A stretch of 63,061 bases of DNA, the filler included, from Octopus bimaculoides (lineage: Eukaryota), in NCBI RefSeq assembly GCF_001194135.2. It is 4 parts of 4 records of this genome, joined end to end, with 100 filler letters (N's around TTAATTAATTAA, not from the genome) between each part and the next. Parts side by side here need not be neighbours in the genome. Positions count along the whole stretch, not along the records: positions 27,472 to 55,505 come from NC_068993.1; positions 55,606 to 61,950 come from NC_069006.1; positions 62,051 to 63,061 come from NC_068996.1; 1 more part is not named here. The stretch is one strand, 5' to 3'. Every line of letters starts with the position of its first letter. The first letter of the stretch is position 1. A program made the position numbers and the translations under genes. Positions 49,906 through 63,008 of this stretch are shown here, one piece after another. The notes under the pieces are model-generated. The model saw only the letters and a list, made by a program, of their open reading frames with translations. It had not been told where the DNA came from and searched no databases.

Positions 49906-50270
49906 NNNNNNNNNNNNNNNNNNNNNNNNNNNNNNNNNNNNNNNNNNNNNNNNNNNNNNNNNNNNNNNNNNNNNNNNNNNNNNNNNNNNNNNNNNNNNNN
50001 NNNNNNNNNNNNNNNNNNNNNNNNNNNNNNNNNNNNNNNNNNNNNNNNNNNNNNNNNNNNNNNNNNNNNNNNNNNNNNNNNNNNNNNNNNNNNNNCTTGA
50101 CAACCGATGCTGGTGTGTTTACGTCCCCGTAACGTAGCGGTTCAGCAAAAGAGACCGATAGAATAAGTACTAGGCTTCCAAAGAATAAGTCCTAGGGTCG
50201 ATTTGCTCGACTAAAGGCAGTGCTCCAGCATGGCCGCAGTCAAATGACTGAAACAAGTGAAAGAATAAAT
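49716..50270 (+). mobile_element. SINE family B, full length (gap in microsatellite)
   Basis: Both halves match the 41995 copy. Confidence 0.85.
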
Positions 50271-50573
50271 ATAAACATACATAAATACAAATGCAAATAC
50301 ACATACACACATATTTATGTATATACATATATACTATGTTGGCACCACGTAAAAACACCCTTGCTGGTGCCATGTAAAAACACCCAGCACATTCTGTAAA
50401 GTGGGTGGCATAAAGAAGGGCATGGAAAACGGACATTAAAATGATGAGGAGGACATATATATGTGCATACACACATGAACAGATAAAGTTCAGTAGACTG
50501 AAATCACATGAAATGGGAGTTCTGGCACCCATAAGAGATTATTTTCATGTTACAATTTACACACACACACACA

Positions 50574-50616
<43 letters not shown>

Positions 50617-53004
50617 TCATGTTGGCATAGGCTGGGCCCTCTCTCTATACACACACACAGACAAAAAGTTAAATACAAATACTTATCTGTATATTCAATG
50701 TTAGTGTGCATGGAGAACAAAGTACAAATGTGCAGAGAGAAAAACTGGGCATGCATTTCTGTCTCTTTCCAGATAGAGAAGTCCTGCATTCACTTCTTCA
50801 GCAAGGGACTTGCTGTTGTCCTTCTATCATACTTTACTTTCATTTCCCTCATTATTATATCCCACCTAGTTGAGGGATCTTGTCTTGCAGGTACATGGTG
50901 ATATCACCAGTGCTGGTGCCACAAAAAAAAAAAAAAAAAAAAACATTCCACACACTCTAAAGTATCCAGCCATAGAAACCATGCCAAAGCAGACTTTGGA
51001 GCTCAGTGCAGCCCTCTTTGTCAGTTCATGTTGTTCCCACCAACACATGCAAGCAAAGAAAAAAATGACATTAAATGATGATATAAGCATACATACATAT
51101 GTATGTTGTTGTCTAGAGAGAATCATCATGCAAATATAATTAACACACTGGTTCAATTCCACTCATTTATCAAACATCCGTTTTTTTTTTGTTTTTTGAA
51201 ACCTTCTCAGTAACTATTGAGTCATAGAGAAGGTTGCAAAAAACCAATGAAAAAGCTTTGACAAAAACAAAAAAAATTGGATATTTAATAACTGAGTGGA
51301 ACTGAACCAGTGTGTGTGTATTTATATTGGCATGATGACTCTCCTAGACACTACAAAATTTGTTTCAACACATGAATTCACATAAAACATCTTGCAAACC
51401 AGATACAAAAGTGAAGTGTGTGTATATATATATATCATCATCATCATCGTTTAACGTCCGCTTTCCATGCTAGCATGGGTTGGACGATTTGACTGAGGAC
51501 TGGTGAAACCGGATGGCAACACCAGGCTCCAGTCTGATTTGGCAGAGTTTCTACAGCTGGATGCCCTTCCTCACGCCAACCACTCATATATATGATTAAA
51601 CAGAATCCAAAGACGCTAGTGCTAGTCTGCATCAGCAAGACATACAGTAAACTTGATGGAATGAGTACAGCGAACTTGTGGGGAAGGGAAAATCCAATGT
51701 TTCAGACAGAGTCATCTTCAGGGAAAAGTTAAAAGACATATTATTAAGAGACAGCAGAGACTGTAACTTAGAAGATATAAAACTCAATAATTTCTCTCCT
51801 TTCAACTTTTCCTTGAGAGGTTGTCTGAAACACTGAATTTTTCACTCCCAATGGCAAGTTCACTGTACACTTTTTATAGATTTTTCTGTCTGTCTGTCTC
51901 TATATTTATATATGCGCACACAAATCATTGCAGACATAAATATTTATCACTCATGCTCTATCATTTTTATGTCTGTTTTCCATGCTAGCATAAGTTGGAC
52001 AGTTTAACAGGATCCATGGGACAGGAACAATGTCTTTTTCCAGCATCTCAGCTTTGGAATGGTTCCTATAGCTGGAAGTGTACTGGGCGTTTTTAAATTA
52101 TTTTTTTTTTATCACAGCACCAGTACTAGTGAAGTCACCTTGTAGCACGTGACTAAAGAGCCCACCCCCTTAGGTGAGGATAGGAAATAGGGTGGGTGAT
52201 TTATGTAACTTAAAGTTTGACAGAGGGGCAGGGACAAGTTTATTGTAGAGAGGGAGGCCACTGGCTGGCTCTCATTTTACATGTGGATGGCTGTGGCTGG
52301 AATGGCGCCAGAAAGAGAGAGAAATATGATCAGGCGACCATCAACGTAACAAGGTGAATAGAAGGCAGTGGGGAGCAGAAAAAATCAGTGAAGATAGGTA
52401 AGGTTGCAAGAGGGGGGTGGGCAGTGAAAGATGGATAGAAACATGAAGTAGGTGGTCAGATGTACATAGGAGTGAAGTTTACCATTTAAATAGAGAACAA
52501 GGGTGAATTGGGGGGGNNNNNNNNNNNNNNNNNNNGGTCGACGGTAAATATGAATGGGGCGCAACGTAAAAACGACAGGTGGAAGTTACAAGTTCAGAGA
52601 AGAGGGAGCAGTGACTATCAGTACAGAAATGGTGATATGATATGGTTTGTATTTATATTATATGCATGCAGCTCTCTCTTTACAGATATACGCACACACA
52701 CACACACACGTATATATAAATACATATATACACATATTTATCCACACATACATATTTTTGCACATATACACATATATATGAGATGAGTTTGAGCCAATTT
52801 ATTGCAGTTTATTAAAAACGAAAAAGTTTCAAAACAAAGAAAATTTTAAAATATAAATTTAATTAAAAAAAAAACCCATTAATTTAATTGCGGAAGTCCA
52901 TCCGCCACTGGAAAACTACACATGTGAGTTTGTTTGTAAAAATTCTAAATACATTATATCGATATTTTTATAAAATTATAGAAACGCTAAAACCGCATAC
53001 TTAC

Positions 53005-53290
53005 AACATTTCAAGAAATAAACTGTAGAAAGCTATTGACTGGATATAGGAAGAAAATCAACCTAATCCAGTTAGAAGAATCAACTAAAATTGAAAATCT
53101 ATCAAAGCAGCAATTGCTGGTTGCCGTGTTGCACAGAGATGAGTGACGGGTTTGAGACGAGAAAAGAGCATTAGACAGCAAAAGCTTGTAGCAACCATTA
53201 TTAAGCCGCTCCTTCGTAGTACGGAAAAGCAAGAGGTTTGTCAAGAAATTTGCTATCTCATAAACTAACGATTTGTTTTGTAGCAATGAT
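53005..53290 (-). promoter_or_regulatory. Candidate non-coding first exon / promoter of GTF2H1
   Basis: Strong donor GTT|GTAAGT at 53004-52999, in a CpG-retaining patch just beyond the CpG-poor gene body. The first coding exon begins with an acceptor, so an upstream exon is required. The 5' boundary is a guess. Confidence 0.45.
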
Positions 53291-55454
53291 TAAAAAAAAA
53301 AAAATTAATCAAAATAAATTTAATTAGGCTCGAAGTTGTAATCGCTGCGGCTGCAAAACATTTTCGATATTATTTATATTTTAGTGAAAGGAAGGGAGAA
53401 TGTAAAGTATTAAAGCCGCTACCGGTGTAATATCGTAAAATGTTTATCTTGAAAATATATGCAAAGAAATTATTACATAAGTTATAAGTTTGATATGTGT
53501 AAGGTGCGAAACTGTAAGTCTTTCAGTGACTTATGTATCTTTGCTGCTGATAAGTAAAGATACATAAGTTGTAGTGCATTTATAACTGGCACCAATTAAT
53601 GTATATTCCTTAGCATCTTTACTTCCTCGGTAGCTTTTCCTTTTCACTTTCAAGTTTCCTTTTTATTTTCACTTGTTTTGTAACAATAAATCCTAGTACG
53701 GTGCTGTCAATTTCCATTTTATAAACACCACTTGACGATCTGCTTCGCAAGCTCAAAGCCAGAAATATTTAGGTAAAGAGTAGAAGTCATTTCCATCAAA
53801 CTAAAGCCATACACTGGAAACAATGTTATCGATAGTTTTTGAGGAATAATAATAAAAGCTGTTACCATAGCTAAATTTAAACATTATAACTTAAATTTTT
53901 AGATGATATTAATTACAGAATTACCTCTCCTCCGCTTCTTACTCACCTTCAATAATAACGAAAATATGAACATGAAGTTTCATTTATTATTAGCAATAGC
54001 GAGAATCCAGATTGAAGTCTTAGATATTTTAACTAATATCTAATATATATTATTTGGAATAAACTTGTTAACTATTCTTCGAATATTAGATTGGAACCGC
54101 TGATATAAAATTCATATTAGCAACGAACCGGCATTTCTTGATGGTCCTATCAATAAAAGACAGACATAGATTGGAAAGTAAAATGCTTATTTTAAATTAG
54201 GCACAAAGCCAGTTTTTATTGGAGAAGGAATGTATTCAACTGTTCAGCGCAGTATATGACTGGTATTATCGAATCTCGGCTGGATTTGAAATAAGAAAGT
54301 AACAGGATGAATCGAAATAGTGAGGCATTTATTCCAGCATTTGTACTTTTGTTTGTCAATTCCATAACTGTTAAATTTCCTCCATTAAATTACACTAGTT
54401 TCTCTCTGGCCTCACATCCAATGTCTGATATGTTTTTTTTTAAAGATAGTTGGTTGTGATATAAGACTCTCTGACTGCTATTTCTAGCAGACTGAGCGAT
54501 CGCAGACATAGTTTATCCTTTTATGTTCCTATGTAAACACCCCAATGTCGACCTTTTCAAACCAATATATTGCAAGCCTTGTCTTTAATCAAAGCAATTA
54601 ACAAGTGAATGCTGGAGTGCAGGTGGTCAGCTTTAAGCATGTCCACTACTCAGCGACTGAAGGCATTTTACTTCACTTTTGTTGAAAGGAATGAACATCA
54701 CGACTCATTTATTCTGTTCTGTAATATAACAGTCCTTGATGTAGAGAGAAAGATCTAATAATTAGTTTTCCCCCTTTAACCATTCTAGATTATAAAAAAT
54801 TTCTTCTTAAACTTTTTCAGTTATCCACCTCCACTAATTTAAGAGATGAAAATTCTACGGTAACTGGCTAGTTTGTACAGATAAATAAATAAATAAATAA
54901 TAATTTTAAAAGAAATTAAACTTTGAGAGACTAATGGAGCTGTAGCGCAATTGCTTTCTCTATATGCTGAATAAGTGCACTGAATATTATTTTTTTATCT
55001 AATCATTAAATTTCGCTGTAAAAGACATCATTGTAATTTTATAAATATCTTTTAATTTTTAAAGTGTAAATATTTAACAGATTTTTACTTTATGTGAATT
55101 TTATTTAAGTGCGGGACTACACATTTCAATCATGGAGGAAGACCACGCATACGACACGCTTAGCTCCGGCTCTGAGAGGTAAAACTACTCGTATCTTTTG
55201 ACCAATATCAACATCGGTTACACATTAAACACGTACATACACAAATCTGTGTGTATATATATACATTTCCCCTCTCCATATTTTGATGAGGTTTTAAGCT
55301 AACAGGTTTGGGGTTTAACGATACGCCGTAAGGCCAAACCTCTTATGGACGAGAAACCCAGGGTAACCCTATAAACCGGCCTTCCCCATTATAATATTAA
55401 CTGCTCTACATCTTAGAGTGTGCTTCTTCTCCGGATTTGTATTTCTACAAACGA

Positions 55455-55505
<51 letters not shown>

Positions 55506-55605
55506 NNNNNNNNNNNNNNNNNNNNNNNNNNNNNNNNNNNNNNNNNNNNTTAATTAATTAANNNNNNNNNNNNNNNNNNNNNNNNNNNNNNNNNNNNNNN
55601 NNNNN
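55506..55605. other. Artificial assembly join
   Basis: 44N-TTAATTAATTAA-44N. Confidence 0.95.
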
Positions 55606-56108
55606 CATTCTTGCCTTTTTCGCAACTTTCACCCACCTTTTCATAAATTCACTTCAGGACAGCACCTCCCTCTCCACTCTCACTTTCTTTTTCAAGTAGA
55701 ACTTGAAAAAGTCGATGGGGGTTTTACCAAAGAGGCAAGCTTCTGTCTTCGTTCCTTTCAGCCTCGTCCACCAAGTAACTTCTTTCGCCACAGCAACCAG
55801 GCAAAGGAAAACTGCTATGTCAGCCGGATTAAAGGAGGGCGACGGGGCAATGGTCACTATGGATCGGATGACAGACGGCTCTGTCCCACACGTGACAGCA
55901 GCTGTTCGACATAACTCCACAAGTCACCAATTACCGGACACTGAACGAGTGCATGCAGAACAGTTTCGTCGCTCTGCGTGCGCACTTCGGACAAGCCCGT
56001 CTGGCAGCACATCCGTGCCTGTAGAGTTTATCTCGAACCGGTAGCGCCGTCCCCGGTAGCATTGCCAAAACAAAAGACATCTGGAAATTATCCATAATTG
56101 TCCCTGAT
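55606..56108 (-). mobile_element. Tx1/L1-clade LINE ORF2 C-terminal fragment (zf-RVT/CCHC and terminal helix)
   Basis: With frameshifts it reads MDNFQ..WQCYRG.ALPVRDKLYRHG...CPKC..DETVLHALVQCP...LWSYVEQLL...FLCLVAVAKEVTWWTRLKG...FFKFYLKKKVRVEREVL..FMKRWVKVA. Confidence 0.8.
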
Positions 56109-56589
56109 TGAAAAGTGAATAATAACAATAAATAGAGATAATTAACCTAAGGTTAATCTACCCAATTCATTTATGTTTTTTTTTATTAAGCATTAATTAA
56201 TCAATTACTGAAATACTTCTGTTGAGAGGAAGATTACATTATCGATACTTATTGCATTGTTAAAGCAGGATTCAAATGAGTTGGATAAGAGTAAAAGATA
56301 AATACATCACTTGGAGGAGAAAGTGATAAAAATTTTATGGACTGTGATAAAAGTATTTGTGTAATCACAATAGTCATTCATTCAGGGACCTAGGTTTCAT
56401 AAAAGAAAACTCAATACTGTTTTTGGCTGATTCTATAAGTGAAGAAATTATCTACACATTTAATTGCGAGAACACCTCACCCATAAATGCATGGATTTTT
56501 GCGATAATGAGCACTTCCTACAAATATCAAATGGATTTTCTATACACGAAGTGTAACATTTAATGGAATCATAGATTGACATGGACGAT

Positions 56590-56755
56590 TGAGAGAGCTA
56601 AGTGATCACATCAACTCCACAACTCAACTGGTACTTAATTTAACGACGCCGAAAGAGGAAAAGGTAACGTCGACTTCGGCGGAATTTGAAAACAGAACGT
56701 AAACACGGACGAAATACCGCCAAGCACTTTGTCCGGCGTGCTAACCATTCTGAAA
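56590..56755 (-). mobile_element. SINE family C
   Basis: Reverse complement reads agaatggttagcacgccggacaaagtgcttggcggtatttcgtcc...gtcgacgttacc..tttcggcgtcg..aagtaccagttg. Confidence 0.65.
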
Positions 56756-57309
56756 GCTTACCACTTTTGAAGATTTTATAATAAAGGTTTCGAATTTTGA
56801 CACAAAGCTAGCAGTTTTTGAGGATAGGGTTTCATTCTCTAGTCCTACCGACTCATAAGAGCCGGTTTCCTGGTTCCAGTGGCGTGGAAATTCCCCACCT
56901 GGATGGAAGGTTAGTCCGTCGCAGGATTACTCACTTTTACCAGTTGAGTGAACTGGAGCAACGTGAAACGAAGTACTTCGCTCAAAAAGAGCTTATATAA
57001 ATAGATAAATGTTAGCAAATAGAATTGACGAAATATTTTATTTAAAATCACTACAATTGTTATGGCATTCTTACAGCTTCTGTACAAAGTCGTATGTCGG
57101 TCTTGCTAAATATTAAATAGATATTAAATACAGTATTAATTTACGTCGCCTGGCAAAACAGCAATAACGTTCATACTATACTATACTGTTAGTTCCTGAT
57201 TGTGTCGATTGGTTCCGTTCGTATTCGTCCCAGGAAATAAACAAAAGAGCAACAGAAGCATATAATCTCTATAGCATATTAAAGTTAATGTTAAAGTACA
57301 GTATACACC

Positions 57310-57587
57310 ATTGATCCCGAATCGCGTCGTTTTACGTTGAAGAAAATACAAGAGGCTTTTTCTCATTTAGATAAATGTCTTGCTTTATTTGAGGAAATGG
57401 ATCCTAATTCACCAAAATTTTGTAAAAATATTGATGTGGTTGCCAAGATACTGTTGCACCTTATTACTTAATCCTTGAAGAGAAGAACAAGACAATTCGT
57501 GGCACTTTAGACAAGTTGGCACGATGATCTACACCATCACAACAGGAGTCATCTGACGATCCTCAACCATCGACATCTAGTGTGTAA
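57310..57587 (+). mobile_element. Tigger/pogo-like transposase C-terminal relic
   Basis: RRFTLKKIQEAFSHLDKCLALFEEMDPN...EEKNKTIRGTLDK...DDPQPSTSS resembles the Tigger1/TIGD1 C-terminus; frameshifted. Confidence 0.7.
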
Positions 57588-57634
57588 TCTCCTCTTCCTC
57601 CTTCTACAACAGCCTCAACGAGAAACACCGACGT

Positions 57635-57721
57635 TAGCCATCAGGTGGGCAACAGTACAGTATCAGCCATCAGGTGGGCAACAGTACAGTATTAGCCATC
57701 AGGTGGGCAACAGTACACTAT
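57635..57721 (+). repeat. 29-bp tandem repeat x3 (tagccatcaggtgggcaacagtacagtat)
   Basis: Units start at 57635, 57664 and 57693, with at most 1 mismatch each. Confidence 0.95.
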
Positions 57722-58004
57722 TTGAAATTATTTCTTTCTGATATAAAAGCAGCCTAGGCTTCTCTAACGATTTACCGAATTCGTAGACTAACATAAAAAC
57801 AACCTCGGCTAAGCCTAGGTTTTAATTATTACACGTATATACATTTAAATAATGGTCATTTCGACTGGAGTTGTTTTTCGACTGAAGTTGTGACCTTGGA
57901 ATCAATTAACGACGTGGGGTGAGATATGATTGTATATGTATGATGTATATGTGTGTGTGTGTGTGTTGCTGAGTGTGTGTGTATGTGTGTACATATAGTT
58001 TAGG

Positions 58005-58375
58005 CGTGGCTGTGTGGTAAGAAACCTCGTTCCCAACCACATGGTTCAGGGTTCAGTCTCACTGTGTAGCACCTTGGGCAAGTGTTTTCCACTATAGCCT
58101 CGGGCTGACCAAAGACTTGCGAGTAGATTTAATAGAGGGAAACTGAAAGAAGCCCGTCTATGCCTCTGTTTTCTTATTTGTGTTTGTCCCATATCACCGC
58201 TTGACTACAGGTGCTGGTTTCTTTACACCCCGGAACTTAGCAGTTCGGCAAAATGCACCCATCGTATAAGTAGAAAGTTTTGAAAAATATTAGTCTAAAG
58301 GGCTATTTTTCGACTAAAACCCTTCAAGGCAGTGCCCCAGCTTGGATGTAGCCACATGAATGAAACAAGTAAAGA
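58005..58375 (+). mobile_element. SINE family B, full length, diverged
   Basis: Both halves recognisable. Confidence 0.8.
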
Positions 58376-58411
58376 TAAAAGATATATATGTATATGTATG
58401 AATATATATAA

Positions 58412-58478
<67 letters not shown>

Positions 58479-59539
58479 NNNNNNNNNNNNNNNNNNNNNN
58501 NNNNNNNNNNNNNNNNNNNNNNNNNNNNNNNNNNNNNNNNNNNNNNNNNNNNNNNNNNNNNNNNNNNNNNNNNNNNNNNNNNNNNNNNNNNNNNNNNNNN
58601 NNNNNNNNNNNNNNNNNNNNNNNNNNNNNNNNNNNNNNNNNNNNNNNNNNNNNNNNNNNNNNNNNNNNNNNNNNNNNNNNNNNNNNNNNNNNNNNNNNNN
58701 NNNNNNNNNNNNNNNNNNNNNNNNNNNNNNNNNNNNNNNNNNNNNNNNNNNNNNNNNNNNNNNNNNNNNNNNNNNNNNNNNNNNNNNNNNNNNNNNNNNN
58801 NNNNNNNNNNNNNNNNNNNNNNNNNNNNNNNNNNNNNNNNNNNNNNNNNNNNNNNNNNNNNNNNNNNNNNNNNNNNNNNNNNNNNNNNNNNNNNNNNNNN
58901 NNNNNNNNNNNNNNNNNNNNNNNNNNNNNNNNNNNNNNNNNNNNNNNNNNNNNNNNNNNNNNNNNNNNNNNNNNNNNNNNNNNNNNNNNNNNNNNNNNNN
59001 NNNNNNNNNNNNNNNNNNNNNNNNNNNNNNNNNNNNNNNNNNNNNNNNNNNNNNNNNNNNNNNNNNNNNNNNNNNNNNNNNNNNNNNNNNNNNNNNNNNN
59101 NNNNNNNNNNNNNNNNNNNNNNNNNNNNNNNNNNNNNNNNNNNNNNNNNNNNNNNNNNNNNNNNNNNNNNNNNNNNNNNNNNNNNNNNNNNNNNNNNNNN
59201 NNNNNNNNNNNNNNNNNNNNNNNNNNNNNNNNNNNNNNNNNNNNNNNNNNNNNNNNNNNNNNNNNNNNNNNNNNTATATATAAATAGATGCATGTATGTT
59301 TGTATCTATGCATTTATGTATAATTGGTAGCGCATAACTCATAATTGCACGATAAATCCACCACACTGGTTTTAGACGACTTCAAAAGAAAATTACGTTA
59401 AATCACATTCGAAACTGATGTATATATACACAAAATTACATCTACATATATATACATCTATATATACATACATGCACGGATATTACGCGTTGACCAACGC
59501 TCACTCATGCCTCCATATTATTCATACTTAGGAGGTATG

Positions 59540-59574
<35 letters not shown>

Positions 59575-61216
59575 ATGTGTGTGTTTGCACATATATGTAT
59601 GCATATATGTATGCATGTATGTATGTTTATATAACTTGGTTTGTATGTACAAATGTTAATAGTCATATTCCACACATAATTATATTTGTAAATACGATCA
59701 TATATATGTATATATAATTATATTCATATGTGTGTGCGTCGTGTGTGTACATGTGAGTCAGTAATAAATATGAGTGTATATGAGAGAGTGTGTGTGTGTG
59801 TGCGTGTGGGTGTCTGTCTGTGTGTGTGTACATCTCGTTTTCTTTTTCTCGCTAACTCTTCTGTGTCTACTCTGCCTCTTCACACAAATATATACAGCCT
59901 TCTAAAACTGTTTAAACTTTCAACACGAAGAAATGGATATATGCTCGCGCGCGTTTATGTTTGTATGAGTGTGTGTATGGTGTGTGTTTGTGTGTGTATA
60001 CATACATATTCATATGTGGACATATACAACGACATGTGTATAGATGTTTGTACATTTATAAAGACAGATAAAAAGATAGATAGATAAATAGACAGACAGA
60101 CACACACAAATATACATTCATACATACACACACACACACAAACACATACATACATACATGCATACATACATACATACAAACATACATACGGAAGACAGTC
60201 GGACGAAAGGAGAGGAAATTATGAAATATAGAGAGAGCAATAACAGAGCAAAGCCAGAGCAAAACAGCTAAGCAATGCAGAAGAGAGAGCAGTCATTTTG
60301 TGCAGAGGATTTAGCATGTGTTATGGTGTTAGGTCGTTTGAAGCTCGTTCGCTTCGTTGGAGATGCTCACTCGTATTGATGAATCTATAGAAAAGCTGTA
60401 AAAATCAATGAATTAGTTGATAGATTATTAGTATCTATCCAACTGGAAAAATGGGTTAGTTTATTTATTTGACTTTCACCCTTTTCCATAGCTGAGAAAA
60501 TACGCAGACCAAATTGATACGCACACACACAGATATATNNNNNNNNNNNNNNNNNNNNNNNNNNNNNNNNNNNNNNNNNNNNNNNNNNNNNNNNNNNNNN
60601 NNNNNNNNNNNNNNNNNNNNNNNNNNNNNNNNNNNNNNNNNNNNNNNNNNNNNNNNNNNNNNNNNNNNNNNNNNNNNNNNNNNNNNNNNNNNNNNNNNNN
60701 NNNNNNNNNNNNNNNNNNNNNNNNNNNNNNNNNNNNNNNNNNNNNNNNNNNNNNNNNNNNNNNNNNNNNNNNNNNNNNNNNNNNNNNNNNNNNNNNNNNN
60801 NNNNNNNNNNNNNNNNNNNNNNNNNNNNNNNNNNNNNNNNNNNNNNNNNNNNNNNNNNNNNNNNNNNNNNNNNNNNNNNNNNNNNNNNNNNNNNNNNNNN
60901 NNNNNNNNNNNNNNNNNNNNNNNNNNNNNNNNNNNNNNNNNNNNNNNNNNNNNNNNNNNNNNNNNNNNNNNNNNNNNNNNNNNNNNNNNNNNNNNNNNNN
61001 NNNNNNNNNNNNNNNNNNNNNNNNNNNNNNNNNNNNNNNNNNNNNNNNNNNNNNNNNNNNNNNNNNNNNNNNNNNNNNNNNNNNNNNNNNNNNNNNNNNN
61101 NNNNNNNNNNNNNNNNNNNNNNNNNNNNNNNNNNNNNNNNNNNNNNNNNNNNNNNNNNNNNNNNNNNNNNNNNNNNNNNNNNNNNNNNNNNNNNNNNNNN
61201 NNNNNNNNNNNNNNNN

Positions 61217-61264
<48 letters not shown>

Positions 61265-61399
61265 TATGACTGTGATGAGAGAGTTATACTTTTGTTTGGT
61301 TTTTCTAAATTAACATATGTAGAAGGATGTGTTCAGTTTTGTAGACTCGGGGGAGGGTTTGCGAGGCCAATTGTAGCCTGATAGATGTCACTAACAGTT

Positions 61400-61706
61400 C
61401 ATTTATTTATCAGATTGTCAGCCAGTCCTGCCTGCTTGTCTGTCCGTCTGTAGGTCTGCTCGTCTGTGTGTGTGTGTTTATTTACATGGTCGTGTAGTGT
61501 TCTTGATATATATATATATGCATGTGTGTGTGTTTGCGTGTATATACAAAGAAAAGAAATAGATAAAAGAAGATAAAGAGATATTGTAAGAGAATGAGAG
61601 AAAGGCACCAGACAGACCGATGAATAGATAGACAGCCAGACAGATAGAGAGACAGATAGACAGGCAGACAAGCAGACAGAGAGATAGACAGACATACAAA
61701 TATATG

Positions 61707-61761
<55 letters not shown>

Positions 61762-61805
61762 CTTTCTCTCTCTCTCTCTCTCACTCTCTCTCTCTCTCTC
61801 TCTTT

Positions 61806-61852
<47 letters not shown>

Positions 61853-61920
61853 GACAGACAGACTGACTGAGAGATAGACAGACAGACTGACTGAGAGATA
61901 GACAGACAGACAGATCATTT
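61400..61920. repeat. Compound (GACA)/(GATA)/(TATC)/(TC) microsatellite field
   Basis: Directly visible. Confidence 0.9.
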
Positions 61921-61950
61921 ATCATCTATTTTTTATCTTTTTAAATTTAT

Positions 61951-62050
61951 NNNNNNNNNNNNNNNNNNNNNNNNNNNNNNNNNNNNNNNNNNNNTTAATT
62001 AATTAANNNNNNNNNNNNNNNNNNNNNNNNNNNNNNNNNNNNNNNNNNNN
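61951..62050. other. Artificial assembly join
   Basis: 44N-TTAATTAATTAA-44N. Confidence 0.95.
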
Positions 62051-62705
62051 TATGAAAATAGCTGACACAGAAAACAAAACAAGACATTATTGCTTTGAAT
62101 AATTTCTATTTAATTTCTTTTTCAAATAAAGTTCATGACAATTTAAAACTTCAAAATCTTAAATCCTATCTGGCAAAAAAAAAAAGAAGGAAAAGAAAAC
62201 GAAAATAATGATTAAAATTAAACAAAATTAGGCGATCCTTAGTTTACGACCGCCTTACTATATGAAGTCGAAAAAAAAAAAAATATAATAATTTGATAAA
62301 AACATGATTTTTTCCCTCTTTATTTTTTTAAATTAATTGAAAGGGTGGTATTTAAGGTTAAAAGTAGCTGCATATCCTTTTAGGGACGTGTACAGTTTAC
62401 GAAGGGGGTTAAAAGGATGTTAAATTTAGGAGATTTTCTTTGAAAGAAAGAGAGAATATTAATGAAAAAAAAAAGTAAACAGAATGTATTAAAATAAAGC
62501 GGGGATAGGGGTGGAGCAAAAAACATAAAAAAAGAGAAACATGCTTTTTAATGTCATCAATGTTTTATCAACGAAGTTCGCCATGTTACATTGTATCAGT
62601 CGTACGTTAATCAGGAAACAAAATCTGTCATCTTATTCATTTATATCTCATTTACAAGGATTACTCCGCTATGCCAAATCTCTACACCTCACGAACAAAC
62701 GATAA

Positions 62706-62724
62706 AAACAATACTACTACTACA

Positions 62725-62783
<59 letters not shown>

Positions 62784-62845
62784 CACCACCACCACAAACA
62801 CCACAAATACTACTACTACTGCTACTACTGCTGCTGCTGCTGCTG

Positions 62846-62885
<40 letters not shown>

Positions 62886-62968
62886 AACTAAAAACAACAA
62901 CAGCAACAATAACAGCAAAAACAGCTACAACAAAAACAACAGTTATGATAGTAATAATAATAATAATA

Positions 62969-63008
<40 letters not shown>
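62706..63008 (+). repeat. Compound trinucleotide microsatellite (ACT/ACC/GCT/AAC/AAT)n
   Basis: Directly visible; explains the poly-T/N and poly-V pseudo-ORFs. Confidence 0.95.

Noticed and set aside
53011-53286. 91-aa ORF as a coding gene
   Set aside because: It starts at TTG with no ATG in frame and no recognisable homology; better explained as 5'UTR.
57635-57721. CRISPR-like array
   Set aside because: Eukaryotic context, direct tandem repeats without spacers, and no cas genes.
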